Shown one piece after another: positions 40,504 through 51,324 of a stretch of DNA of 64,000 nucleotides. The first letter of the stretch is position 1. Each line of letters starts with the position of its first letter. The notes beneath the pieces were generated by a model, which had not been told where the DNA came from, searched no databases, and saw only the letters and a program-made list of their open reading frames with translations. The stretch comes from Epithemia pelagica (Eukaryota > Protista > Bacillariophyta). The DNA lies in contig OX337236.1 in NCBI GenBank assembly GCA_946965045.2, forward strand, positions 1,736,001-1,800,000. The letters run 5' to 3'. The position numbers and the translations under genes are program-made.

Positions 40504-42612
40504 TCACGTGGCGCCCTGGTCCCGAATGGCTTGTAGAATTGCTTGTTCGGTTCTCATTTCTTGTTGGGCTTGATGTCGTACGGCATTGAGTTGCGCCCAA
40601 AACTCGGCCATGTTGTGGGAGGAAAATCGATGGGCGACATTGTCTTGTCGTTGCTTGTTGTTGGAGGCATGATAGATTAAATGCCGTGAAAATTGGTGGG
40701 GTGCCAACGGAATGAGACGCCGCAAGTTACAGCCCATGGGACCAAAGAGTTGCTGGCCGCCACTCCAATACTCGACCGTGTGCAACCCCAAACCATCGTG
40801 TCGTTGCAAGTCCAACGATACTCCGGAACGAGAAAGACGGTCGGGCCGATGTTGTTCTTCTTCCAATGATGAAAACGATAGTGGGGGAGACGACGGATCC
40901 ACGTCCGTTGGTTTGGTTTGGGAAGTGTTCATTCCAGAAGAAGAAGAAGAGGAGTTGTTGTTGGTGGTTTGGTTGGCCTCCATCATCCACCAGTCCAACT
41001 CGACCATATCATTGGGAAAGGGTGGCAAGAATCCGCGGTAACAGTTCTGCGTATGCCATTCCACGAGTTGTCGTTTGGTGGCCATCCATCCTCCTTGATT
41101 GTTGGCATAGCGTCCCTTGGTGGTCAAGGGTCGTTTGGGAAACAAGGGTTGACCTGTCGTGGGATTGCGTCCTCGTCCAATCCAGTAATCGGGAATAGAA
41201 TGATCGACTCCTGTTTCATCGGATCCACCGACCAACAACAGGACCCAACCCAAGGACTCGGATAATGTTGCATTGTCGTCCTGCAGTAAGGGAGGCATGA
41301 ACCGTATCCCCAAGGCATCCAAACTCGTTTCCCAGTAGTACAAATCGGTCATGTTGGGAGCTAGAGGAATGTGACTATTGGAGGTTTCATTGGCGACATG
41401 ACAACAAATGGACGGATCCAACAAGGAGGATGACGGCTGAGAGAAAGACGACGAAGACGACGACGATGTGGGCCAGGTAAAGTTCATGGGAATGTGCGGA
41501 AACCAATTGTCTTGAAAATGCGCCAAGGATGTGGACCGATTCCATCCTGGCAAGGCCGCTTCGACACGAAACAATCCCGGAACGGTGCGTTGCAACATCC
41601 CTTGCGTCATGGTACCATGATAGGAAAGGACCAAGGGTGGTTCCTTTTTGTATTGTGGCGGTGGTGTCGACGACGCAATGACCGACGCATTGGTTCCATA
41701 CAGTGCCACGGCATGTTGGTATCGCAGTGGGACATGAGGAGGATCGGGGGGTGCTTGTTGTCGCAAACGATACAAGTCTTGCGTCACTTGCCAATGCTGC
41801 TCCACATGAGGACCATGCAACAACATATCATCTTCCATTACCACAAACATGTCATAGTGCTCCCACTTGTCCTTGAGAACATATCGATGTTGTCGGGCCA
41901 AGCCACGGGTGTGTGGTTTCAAAATACGTTGATCCGGTACATGGGAAGGACCACCTACACGGTTGTTGGTTCGATTGGTAACTGTCCGTTTGACCATGGG
42001 ATACGCCAAGGGTGTCGCGTCGGACCAGATCTCCAAAGGAATACTGTGGCTGGAACGATGTCGAGGCCTCCTTCTCTTCGTCGTGTGATTCCTCTCTTTT
42101 GTGGGTAGTGTTGGATCGTTGGACAAGGCATGATCCAAGTGAGCGCGTTGCGAATCCGTCAGATTGTACTGCGTAATGAGCACGACATCGACCCAACAAT
42201 CGCTCCGATGACGTTTCATACTCCAGGCTGATTCTCGCAAGACGGGTACGACGGTTTCGGAAAATCGATCACTGCCCCGTTTGGTGCGTCGTCGTCCGGT
42301 ATTGATGGCCTGACTGCTGGTGACAATGTACAAGATGCGAAAATAACTCGACGACGGTTGTCGAAGTGTCCACGTGTGGATGGGAGGGGCGTGATCGAGA
42401 GAGTGGGTTTGCACGTGACGAGGATCCAATTGGTTCCAGAGAGGCGCATCGCTGTTGGGCTGGTTGTTGTTGTTGTTGTTGTCGGATGACAGGATGGTTC
42501 GAGGAAAGACGCACCGACGAGTAAAATTGAAATAGGCCCACAAAAAGACAATCCAACTCGCCGCAAATTGAAACCATTGCCATTGTTTGGCAGACTGAAT
42601 GGTTGTTCGCAT
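40504..42612 (-). CDS. Type II membrane orphan glycosyltransferase-like protein (paralogue of 10321-12075)
   Basis: Likely start MRTTIQ at 42612. TM FAASWIVFLWAYFNF, then RILYIVTSS, RQHRYVLKD, YDMFVVMEDDML, NNQGGWMAT, EYWSGG, YHASNNKQ. Confidence 0.7.
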   Translation of the reverse strand: MRTTIQSAKQWQWFQFAASWIVFLWAYFNFTRRCVFPRTILSSDNNNNNNQPNSDAPLWNQLDPRHVQTHSLDHAPPIHTWTLRQPSSSYFRILYIVTSSQAINTGRRRTKRGSDRFSETVVPVLRESAWSMKRHRSDCWVDVVLITQYNLTDSQRAHLDHALSNDPTLPTKERNHTTKRRRPRHRSSHSIPLEIWSDATPLAYPMVKRTVTNRTNNRVGGPSHVPDQRILKPHTRGLARQHRYVLKDKWEHYDMFVVMEDDMLLHGPHVEQHWQVTQDLYRLRQQAPPDPPHVPLRYQHAVALYGTNASVIASSTPPPQYKKEPPLVLSYHGTMTQGMLQRTVPGLFRVEAALPGWNRSTSLAHFQDNWFPHIPMNFTWPTSSSSSSSFSQPSSSLLDPSICCHVANETSNSHIPLAPNMTDLYYWETSLDALGIRFMPPLLQDDNATLSESLGWVLLLVGGSDETGVDHSIPDYWIGRGRNPTTGQPLFPKRPLTTKGRYANNQGGWMATKRQLVEWHTQNCYRGFLPPFPNDMVELDWWMMEANQTTNNNSSSSSSGMNTSQTKPTDVDPSSPPLSFSSLEEEQHRPDRLSRSGVSLDLQRHDGLGLHTVEYWSGGQQLFGPMGCNLRRLIPLAPHQFSRHLIYHASNNKQRQDNVAHRFSSHNMAEFWAQLNAVRHQAQQEMRTEQAILQAIRDQGAT

Positions 42613-43120
42613 GGTACAATCACGATGTGGTGGTGGTTGCCGTTTGGATAGTCGCTCCGTCGAATGCAAGGGGACCACTGCCACCACCGTCGAGGAGAAG
42701 GAGGAGGTCCGGAAGAGCATGGTGTGGTGGACCACACCACTCCCAATTTGTGACAAAAATTGGATGTCTAGCGAGCGCGTGCAATGCCTAGTTGCGCGCG
42801 CGTCCCATCATAAAATCGGACGCGCAAGCACAAACCAAAAAACCCTCGCGGCTAGGCAACACCCAAGAGAAATCTTGTCCGTGGTGTTGATAAATGGCCA
42901 AATGGTTCATGGAGAGATGGATGCCATACACACAATCCAGAGCGACACAATAGACCCAGACGACAAAACCACCAACAAAGCACAGCAAACAAAATCTACA
43001 CACTCCAGGGGCCTTCCTCCCAATGACTGACCAAGAAGGAAGCGAAGCCAGAGTCGCAATCCTCCTTCTTGCGCCGATTCCACCAAACAGCGGCGTACCA
43101 GCACCAACAACCACAAGGAA

Positions 43121-44224
43121 ATGGATCATCGGACCGCACCCGTGGTTCAAACTGTCATGCAAGAATATCGGGACGATCCCACGACTGGATTTTTCAAATT
43201 GGCCAATGCTCCCTGTATTCGGTATCGCTTGAGACAACGCCCACGACCAACTCCATCTCCTCCTAATGACGACAAGGACGCGACCAAGTCGTCTCCTTCC
43301 ACCCACCAACACGCCTCCTCTGCCAGCAGTGGTGGTCACCTCCCGCATAGTCCCGGTGATGGCAAGGGCGAAACTCCCGATTGCAATGTCAAGGACGATT
43401 CCACAACTACGCAATGTCCCGAATTGGTCATTTGCCAAAACTCTCAGGCACAAACTCACACGGGTGGAGTGGTCTGGGAAACGTCCTTTTTATTGTTGGA
43501 ATATTTGTTGCATGTCTGCCACTCCACAACGAGCGACAAGCACGTGTTGTCGGATGCCGCAGCCGCAAGAGTTGTGGGACCCTCTCTCTTGGAGGTGGGA
43601 GCCGGCTGTGGCCTCTTGGGCATGGCACTGGCCGCTCAGTTACCCCACTTGTTGCAACACGTGGTCTTGACGGAAACCCAGGAGGTGTACGACACAATTT
43701 TACAACCCAATGTCCTTCGCAATCAATCAGTGTGGAATGACAAGCAGTCGTATTATCCGTCTGTATCGGCCAGTCCCTTGGATTGGACACGATACCAAGA
43801 GGATGCCCCACAGTTAGTCAAATTCAGGGACTCCTCCTCCTCCTCCCGAAATAAACCAAATCATGGCACGGAGGAGAAGAATGCCAGGGTTTGCACGTTT
43901 GATACCATTGTAGGTACCGATGTCGTCTTTTCTCCTCCATTGGTGGAACCCTTGTTGGCCACCTTACAGTTTCTGGCCCATGACACAACAACAGTCTACC
44001 TTTGTTTGCAACCCGACCGTTGTCCCAAGTCCTATCAATTGCTCCAAAGCAAATGCTTGGACTATGGCTTTGTGTGGAAGGACCTATCCATCAACAAAAA
44101 AGAAAAAGAAGACAATGGCGAGGTGGAGACGACTAGCGCAGAGACTTGGCCATCACCAGTCTTTTTCCAATGGGTACAGTTGTTGGAATCGAAAATCATT
44201 TGTTTGCAACGAATACGAGAGTGA
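43121..44224 (+). CDS. Methyltransf_16-family (METTL21/EEF-type) SAM-dependent lysine methyltransferase
   Basis: HTGGVVWETS, motif I LLEVGAGCGLLG, LDW, FDTIVGTDVVF. Confidence 0.82.
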   Translation: MDHRTAPVVQTVMQEYRDDPTTGFFKLANAPCIRYRLRQRPRPTPSPPNDDKDATKSSPSTHQHASSASSGGHLPHSPGDGKGETPDCNVKDDSTTTQCPELVICQNSQAQTHTGGVVWETSFLLLEYLLHVCHSTTSDKHVLSDAAAARVVGPSLLEVGAGCGLLGMALAAQLPHLLQHVVLTETQEVYDTILQPNVLRNQSVWNDKQSYYPSVSASPLDWTRYQEDAPQLVKFRDSSSSSRNKPNHGTEEKNARVCTFDTIVGTDVVFSPPLVEPLLATLQFLAHDTTTVYLCLQPDRCPKSYQLLQSKCLDYGFVWKDLSINKKEKEDNGEVETTSAETWPSPVFFQWVQLLESKIICLQRIRE

Positions 44225-44907
44225 AAATAAAACATGACGAGAAACTTTTGATGGCAATGTTTGTCTACTCTTACTTGGTAAAAGATATTGCGATCGCGTC
44301 TAGCTAGGGTCAGTCGGTAGATGTCATCGTTGAGAGGACTTGTAGCGCGGTAGTTTTCTTACTCGACTCTTGTCTGTGGACACCATGGTGGTCGTTGTTC
44401 CGGTGCCGTCCCATTTTGTGAGAAGGGTAGTCGTGTCGCCGGGCGGGTCGTCCGTGTGACGGACATGGTAACGTTTCTCACAGACAGCTTTGCTTACATA
44501 GATGGAAAGAAGCGTGGATTTAGTCTTGCGCCGTTCTGTGTGACCGCGGGAGGGCGCTCGCGCACGTCGAGGGAACCGGACCACCAACCGTGACCACGAA
44601 TGAAAGACACGCGATGGATTTGAACTTCGCCAAAAAACTTGGCTCTTCTTCCTTCTCTCGTTCCCGTGATTTGTGCGCCGTTGGTTGGTCCGTTCGTTGT
44701 GGCTCTCTGTTCGAACCAAAGACTCTCTCGAATCCAACCACATACAAGAAATTGCGACAAACTGAGCCATTCCGACGGATTGGTGGTGGCGTGTTGCAGT
44801 ACATCGACCTTTTCTGCAGAAGAGAACCCACAGGAGACCACTCACAAAACCGATCCATCGATCGTCCATTCCCTCCGAATCATTGAACGAAAGAACCTGA
44901 GGGTACC

Positions 44908-46344
44908 ATGTTCCAGCATCGAATGAAAGAGGGCCAAGCGCAACATCAACGCGGTATATCTCCCTTGACGCTTTGTTGGACCTACGGCAGATATTGCTGT
45001 TGCCGATATGGATTCTATCCATTGGCAGTCGCTCCGATATTGACTTTGGCATGCCTCACATCCATTTATAGCTCCAGTGGATGCAAATTCACCAACGTGG
45101 ATATTGGCTTTACACAAGAACCGAATGCGGCATGGAATGCTTCATCGGCGTCATTGGGCTTTTGGTATCGGGAGTTCCCCAATGAGGGTGACGACGTCGA
45201 AGGTCACAGGTACGATCCGGACCTTCTCGAGAAAGTTCATGAGGGTTGTCAATGGTACTCGGATGCCTTCGAAGAGACTTTTATTCAAAACGATCGAACT
45301 TGGAAAGTTTCCAGGATCATGGCTCGTGTTGCCGGTGGTGGCTCGTTCGCATCCGCGATTCTGTCATGGACCTTTGTGGGTCCATTCTTTTGTCCGGTCC
45401 ACTTTCTCTGGCCGGGTGTGTTGTTGCCTTTGGTCATGATCTCTTTTATTGCAGAAGGATCCAAATTTCTCTTTTTTGACATGAGCATTTGTAGGAACAA
45501 CCTCTTCAAGGAAGCTGGCACTGACGAAGGCACAGCACCAGAGTCTGCCGAATCCTGTTCCTTGGGCGATAACGCTATTCAAACAATAGTGGCAGTAGTG
45601 CTGTTGCTTGTTGCACTCTTGTTGGTTTGTCTGAAAGTTCCAGACGAACGTCAACTGGATCCACATTTTGGTATCCCGGACGAAGGCACGGATCCCTCGG
45701 AAGAAGATGAGTATCACCACTCCCTTCGCGGGTTTCCAGGAAGATCGATTCGAAGCTCCAAACAAAGTTTGCGAAAAATCAAGTCCCTCGACGAATTGCC
45801 AACGCGTTCCGCACCAAGACCCAGAGATGAAACATCCGAGTACTCTTCAGAGGATTATCCTGAGGACTACGCCATACCTGTCGTTTCGAAAGAGCATGAC
45901 TTTGTAAAGCCAGCAAACCCTTATCCGCCTCTTTCCAAACGTGACCTTTCCAACAGCAACAACGACAGTTCCTTTCAGTCGCGAAGTGCTTTGGATGCGT
46001 CGTTTCAATCTAACAACGACCCAATGCACGTACGGCACCATAGCGTGGATGAGCTCCTCGGTGACATTGAGGAAGAGTCGTCCAGTTCTCCTCCGGAACC
46101 AATCCTTGGAAATTCATCAATGGTTGACATGGACGACACGAGAATTTCCGAAAGTCGACTATCCACATTGGCCAGTGTGGAAAAGAAGGCTGCAGGGTCG
46201 GGTGAGTTTTCCACGGCGTCCAGTATGTTGGAAGATTTGGTGAGAGATTTAAACTATTCCTACTCCAATCCTCCACCGCAGCGCGATGGTGGTGCTCTCG
46301 AGAGTCCTGCACACTCATCGTCAAGACATCGACAATATCCATAA
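44908..46344 (+). CDS. Claudin-like four-TM membrane protein with a long disordered C-tail
   Basis: Four hydrophobic segments with paired Cys in the loops (SGCKF, GFW, GCQWY, SICRN, SCSLG), followed by an S/E/P-rich tail. Confidence 0.65.
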   Translation: MFQHRMKEGQAQHQRGISPLTLCWTYGRYCCCRYGFYPLAVAPILTLACLTSIYSSSGCKFTNVDIGFTQEPNAAWNASSASLGFWYREFPNEGDDVEGHRYDPDLLEKVHEGCQWYSDAFEETFIQNDRTWKVSRIMARVAGGGSFASAILSWTFVGPFFCPVHFLWPGVLLPLVMISFIAEGSKFLFFDMSICRNNLFKEAGTDEGTAPESAESCSLGDNAIQTIVAVVLLLVALLLVCLKVPDERQLDPHFGIPDEGTDPSEEDEYHHSLRGFPGRSIRSSKQSLRKIKSLDELPTRSAPRPRDETSEYSSEDYPEDYAIPVVSKEHDFVKPANPYPPLSKRDLSNSNNDSSFQSRSALDASFQSNNDPMHVRHHSVDELLGDIEEESSSSPPEPILGNSSMVDMDDTRISESRLSTLASVEKKAAGSGEFSTASSMLEDLVRDLNYSYSNPPPQRDGGALESPAHSSSRHRQYP

Positions 46345-46725
46345 AGAGACGGGAAACTTCCGTCAAAGACGTTGCCGGTAGCAGAGATATCCCATGAAGA
46401 TCCGTGGCAACGAAATGGCTTGATGCCTCTATGTGAAGGTCGCTGTCGTTGGATTTGACGACCGATATCACCAGCTGCATTTCGTCGACATTTGTGCAGC
46501 CTCTTTTCTGGACACTAGATGGTTCTATCAACGTTAAGTTACAAGAAATAATGTCGACTCTCCTTCTTTTGCATATGATTACCTAAGTGTAATGTTTTCA
46601 GATTAAGATCATCGTCATTACCTATGGGCGCAAGTCGAACGAGCATGATGATAGCGGTGAGGAATGTAGTAAAACTGGAATACATTGTTACACGTCTTCA
46701 TATAAATAGGTCCTGTCGGACACCA

Positions 46726-48390
46726 TCAAAGCTTGCTCGAATATCCAAAAGGGCACATAGGTCTTGTCGGAACTTCCTGAGGAGGATCCTTTGGAGGCAC
46801 ATGACGGGGAGGCGACAGCTTGGGCGTGTGTGGAGGAGGTCGCATAGTTTTGCTCTGGTGGAGGAGGAACGTGGAAATTTTTTGTTCAATGCGACCAGCA
46901 TAATCGGGATCGACTTGCTGAAAATTAGCAATTGCTCGTTTGCGAACAAAGGGTGATTGAACACGGCTCATGTGTTGTGCAATGTTGGTTGTTAACCGAT
47001 CTCGTGCCCCTTCATCCAACACACGCCAATAAAAGTCCTTGACTTGACTAAAGTTGTCTTGATCGCCCGTTTCATACCGTTGCACTTGACCAGAAACGAC
47101 ATTTCCATGCCACGTAACTCCTTTGGTGACTGCTTGAGGTCCTTCAAAAGAATTGGGAAAGTAGTTGGGACCGGCACCGCCATTGCCTGGTTCCACTTGC
47201 ATGGGACCATCCCGTTGATATGTGTTGACCGAGGCTGCCACGGGCTGGTTGACAGGGATCAAATGATAATTAGCACCGAGACGGTGACGATGTGTATCTG
47301 GGTACGAGAAGAGACGAGCTTGAAGCATCTTGTCCGGTGAGGGCTCAATCCCCGGTATCATGTGAGAGGGCGAAAAGGCCAATTGTTCAATTTGCCCAAA
47401 GTAGGATTCCGCATTGCGATTGAGGACCAAACGACCCACGGGACGAAGTGGAAACTTTGAATGCGGCCAGATCTTGGTCAAATCAAAAGGATTGAACGGC
47501 ACTTGTGCGGCCTCCTTAAATGTCATGACCTGCATGTACATGGTCCAGGAGGGGTAATTGCCAGTTGCAATGGCATTGTACAAATCACGAATCGCATAAT
47601 CAGGATCGGACGAAGCAGTTGCGGATGCTTCAGAAGTGCTGAGATTGCGAATGCCTTGATCCGTCTTGAAATGATACTTGACGTAAAACGCTTCGCCCTG
47701 TGCATTCACATTCTTGAATGTATGGCTGCCATACCCATTCATAAAGCGGTACCCGTCGGGAATGCCTCGATCTGAAAACAGAAACGACACCTGATGGGTA
47801 GTTTCAGGTCGCATACCAATAAAATCCCAAAACATGTCGGCATCCGCCAAATGGGTAACAGGATTTCGTTTCTGTGTGTGGATAAAGGATGGGAAGAGAA
47901 TCGGATCTCGAAGAAAGAAAATAGGAGTATTGTTTCCCACCAGATCCCAGTTTCCTTCTTCACTATAAAATTTCACTGCGAATCCGCGAGGATCTCTGAC
48001 AGTGTCCGCTGTTCCACTTTCGCCACCGACTGTACTGAAGCGCACGGCCACGGGAGTTTTCTGGTGTTGTTGTTGAAACATTTTGCCTTTGCAAATACCA
48101 GACAAGAACCTGGCATCCGTCACTTCAAAATATCCAAATGCACCAGCACCCTTAGCATGAACCACACGTTCTGGAATCCGTTCGCGATCAAAGTGAGCCA
48201 TGTGATCCAACAACGTAAAGTCTTCCAACACAATGGGGCCTTGAGAACCAGCCGTTCGACTAGCCGTCAAAGTATCCACAGGAGCTCCTTGACTGGTCGT
48301 CAAATGAGGGGCCATTCTCTCCATCGACTTTGATGCTGACGCATATTGGTTCAATTGCTTTGGTGCTACGTTGCTTTGATGTTCCGGCAT
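46726..48390 (-). CDS. CAT: Monofunctional heme catalase with peroxisomal PTS1
   Basis: [42 protein letters not shown]. The C-terminus ends SKL. Confidence 0.96.
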   Translation of the reverse strand: MPEHQSNVAPKQLNQYASASKSMERMAPHLTTSQGAPVDTLTASRTAGSQGPIVLEDFTLLDHMAHFDRERIPERVVHAKGAGAFGYFEVTDARFLSGICKGKMFQQQHQKTPVAVRFSTVGGESGTADTVRDPRGFAVKFYSEEGNWDLVGNNTPIFFLRDPILFPSFIHTQKRNPVTHLADADMFWDFIGMRPETTHQVSFLFSDRGIPDGYRFMNGYGSHTFKNVNAQGEAFYVKYHFKTDQGIRNLSTSEASATASSDPDYAIRDLYNAIATGNYPSWTMYMQVMTFKEAAQVPFNPFDLTKIWPHSKFPLRPVGRLVLNRNAESYFGQIEQLAFSPSHMIPGIEPSPDKMLQARLFSYPDTHRHRLGANYHLIPVNQPVAASVNTYQRDGPMQVEPGNGGAGPNYFPNSFEGPQAVTKGVTWHGNVVSGQVQRYETGDQDNFSQVKDFYWRVLDEGARDRLTTNIAQHMSRVQSPFVRKRAIANFQQVDPDYAGRIEQKISTFLLHQSKTMRPPPHTPKLSPPRHVPPKDPPQEVPTRPMCPFGYSSKL

Positions 48391-48994
48391 GGTGGTTTTC
48401 GAGTGTAATGGACTCCGAGATGATTGGCAACGTTTTTGGATGCAATTGAAGATCTTTTGATGAATGTCGGTGTAATATGTGTCAGTTGGCAGGGACTTGA
48501 GCCAACTGTCTTCTGTCAGTCAGTACTCGTATGTGTCTGTCTGTGGGGTTCCGTTGGATGTCACAAGAAGCACGTGTCAAAGCGCGTGCAGATTCAGTCC
48601 TGCCGACTCTTGCTGCATATAATCTTCCAGTCCTCGCGCACGATAGGGTCTTTTGTATGGCCCTCTGAAGACCCAACGGAAACCTTTTACTTATTGATTG
48701 TGTTTTTTTACCAAGTGCAAGCCGCAATCGAAAACGCGCAGTGGTATCCGAACACCGATGACCGATGTGTGTCCCGTGTGGAGAAGCAACGAGCGAAACC
48801 ACAACGATACAACGATTCATCTTGAAGACACGAAGCAACAACCCGCAATATTACACGATACAAAAGCGCTATCCTTATCCCCCGTTTTGGCACGGAGTAA
48901 TCGTTGAAGGACCACCACACTCTTACAACAAGATTGACGTGACGCAACAGCTCTTCCTCCTCGATAACTTCATCACAAAAATCAAGTTGTTACC

Positions 48995-49894
48995 ATGCCG
49001 GTGTTGGTGTTGATTCCTGCGGCCGTTGTGGGCTACCGAATGTGGCAAAAGCGAAAGAAGGAGAGGGAATTGGCCGAAGCTGGTGAAGATGGAGAACCAA
49101 CGGAGGAGATAACCAATGTGGAAGGGGGCAACGATCAAGAGTTCGAAGTTGTGATGGCGGCGGGGTATGCAGCAACGAAAAAGTTCTTGGCTCGTGGTAG
49201 TTCGATATTCAAGTCTAATCGCGGTTCCACCCCCATTCACAAAACAAGTTCGGTCTCTGACCAAACTGCCGAGACCGCTCCGCTCGATGGTTTTGGAGAA
49301 CTTCCGTTTGCACATGAAGACTTTTTGGATGATTTCGAAGGAGCCAAGCCGGAAGAAGAAACGCACGCTGCCTTACAGGAAACCCTTGCAGCGGGTGCCA
49401 TTGAAACATCCCTGCCAACTGACTCGACTGGGGAAACACGTGAGGAAAATTCACGAAGCGGTTCGGTTGTAGAGGCTCTGGAACATTCGCAAAAGGTGGA
49501 CCCGAGTAAAATTATCGTCTCATGCACCACAAAGGAGGAAGAAGGAGACGAACTTGAAGAGGGTGGAAAACCCGCGACTCCCCCTCCCTCGGACGTTGAA
49601 CTGCAGCTTGAGAACAACAACCAGGATTCATCGGATGCTGTTTCGGCAGAGACCGTGCCCAAAGAGAACGAAACTGCACCGGTTGAAGACACAAACAAGG
49701 AGCAAAAAGACAGCGAACTCCAAAATACGGCATCGCCACAAAACACAAGTTGTGAAGAGATTGAGATAGAGTCGCCAGCTCGCCAGGGTAGGGGTCAGTC
49801 GATTCGTCGATTTGTGATGCGACATATGTCTAAGAGAGGTTCTGAACAACGGTCTCTGAACGATGTCCCTGTGCCGAAGATATCCTTCAAATGA
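48995..49894 (+). CDS. Hypothetical acidic protein with an N-terminal signal anchor
   Basis: MPVLVLIPAAVVGY followed by RMWQKRKK, then an E/S/T-rich region. Confidence 0.6.
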   Translation: MPVLVLIPAAVVGYRMWQKRKKERELAEAGEDGEPTEEITNVEGGNDQEFEVVMAAGYAATKKFLARGSSIFKSNRGSTPIHKTSSVSDQTAETAPLDGFGELPFAHEDFLDDFEGAKPEEETHAALQETLAAGAIETSLPTDSTGETREENSRSGSVVEALEHSQKVDPSKIIVSCTTKEEEGDELEEGGKPATPPPSDVELQLENNNQDSSDAVSAETVPKENETAPVEDTNKEQKDSELQNTASPQNTSCEEIEIESPARQGRGQSIRRFVMRHMSKRGSEQRSLNDVPVPKISFK

Positions 49895-50391
49895 GACCTG
49901 TCCAGTGCAAATGTCTTTCTAGAACGCATAACAGCTTGGATGCACTTTTCTCTTTGTGTTTTATGTCATACGTGCTTATAACTTATACAGTACTAAATTG
50001 CTATTTGACGATATCCAAGTTTCTCCTGCTTTTTCGCCTCTTCCAGTGAGTTCATCAATCTCATTATGCAAAAAAGAGTCTACTGGTCCATTTTCTAGTG
50101 TCGAGGAGTCTTGTGACCCGTTGGATACAATGGTTGCTCTGGAATCAACTTCTGTGCTACGAATAGAATGTCGCTTGACTTCCACCTTCGTTACTCCGTA
50201 CTCCGTAATCGTAATCGTCTCATCATTCATCACGGAACGCCCTCTCTTGTTGCTATGCGTGCTAGGACAACTATGTGATGGGGTCGCTCAAAATATCCGT
50301 GCCGATGTGAGTCAGCGTTTGTCGTTCGTCGCTTTGCACCATTCGAAGGCTCGAAAGGGAAGGCAAAACTCCTTACGGATAGGCTACTTTC

Positions 50392-50898
50392 ATGATGATG
50401 TCTCGTACTCTTCGTTACGGCTCTTCCATCTCAAGAAGGAGCTTCTCTACGTCTGACGCTCGCGTGGGACAACTGAAAGTTCGGAAAAAGGGTGTCCCTG
50501 GATCATCTGGATCTGCCGCGGCTCCGCCGGTCTCTCGTGTTCCACCTCCGATTACTCCTCCGTCGGAAATTGTCGAGATTACACACGAAATTCAACGAAA
50601 CAATCTGGCCTTGGCAGGTACTCTTATATTCTTTTGTGGATCCGTGACTTGGTACAGCATATATGCTGTGGGACGGTCGGCATCTCTCGATGGTAACAGC
50701 GAAGATCCTGTCGCAGCTTTGCAACGGGAAGCGGAGGCCGCACAAGCCAAGAAATTGCGAGAAAATCAAGAAATGGCAGATGCGGAAGAAATGATTAAAC
50801 AGGCACAGAGTGGAGCGTTTGATCCTGATAACTTTGAAGGCTTGGAGGAAGAAGCATCGGCCAAACGCTCCAAGAAAGCTTGGTGGAAGTTCTGGTAG
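50392..50898 (+). CDS. Small mitochondrial single-TM protein, possibly COA3/CCDC56-like
   Basis: R/S-rich presequence ending RRSFS. The segment QRNNLALAGTLIFFCGSVTWYSIYAV plus LQREAEAAQ resembles the COA3 TM + coil layout. Confidence 0.55.
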   Translation: MMMSRTLRYGSSISRRSFSTSDARVGQLKVRKKGVPGSSGSAAAPPVSRVPPPITPPSEIVEITHEIQRNNLALAGTLIFFCGSVTWYSIYAVGRSASLDGNSEDPVAALQREAEAAQAKKLRENQEMADAEEMIKQAQSGAFDPDNFEGLEEEASAKRSKKAWWKFW

Positions 50899-51324
50899 GG
50901 ACCATGTGGTGTTGTTATGGTTGGTTTTGTTGGAAAGGATTGGTTGGTAATGTTTGAAGACCAACAATACATGGTGTTGTACAGCTATTTGCATCGTTTA
51001 GTTTAGACATCGTCGTGGATTCATTGGAGCATCATTTCCTCTAGGGTCTAGAGTTTCACATTCCTCAGGTAGCAAAGATAGACTTAAACTAACCACGCAT
51101 TTGCGGAGATTGCGGATTGCGGCATCAAAAAGTGTGTTGTTGCCAACGATGCGATCACAATAGAACATCCAAAATGCTTCCGGTGCCTTGTCGGTATGAA
51201 AAATGCTTTCAGTTTGATATGGAACCCGATAACTCGAATATTAGAACCTTGAATTTGTCAGTCGAAACCACCAGCCTGAAGCACCCGAGCCCTGTCTTGG
51301 AAGCAAGTTATCCAGCATCGAATC

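Noticed and set aside
44324-45052. 242-aa minus-strand ORF
   Set aside because: Overlaps the start and promoter of the claudin-like gene and has no domain.
49976-50233. 85-aa minus-strand ORF (MNDETITITEYG...)
   Set aside because: Composition is plausible, but there is no motif or supported upstream exon. Left unannotated.
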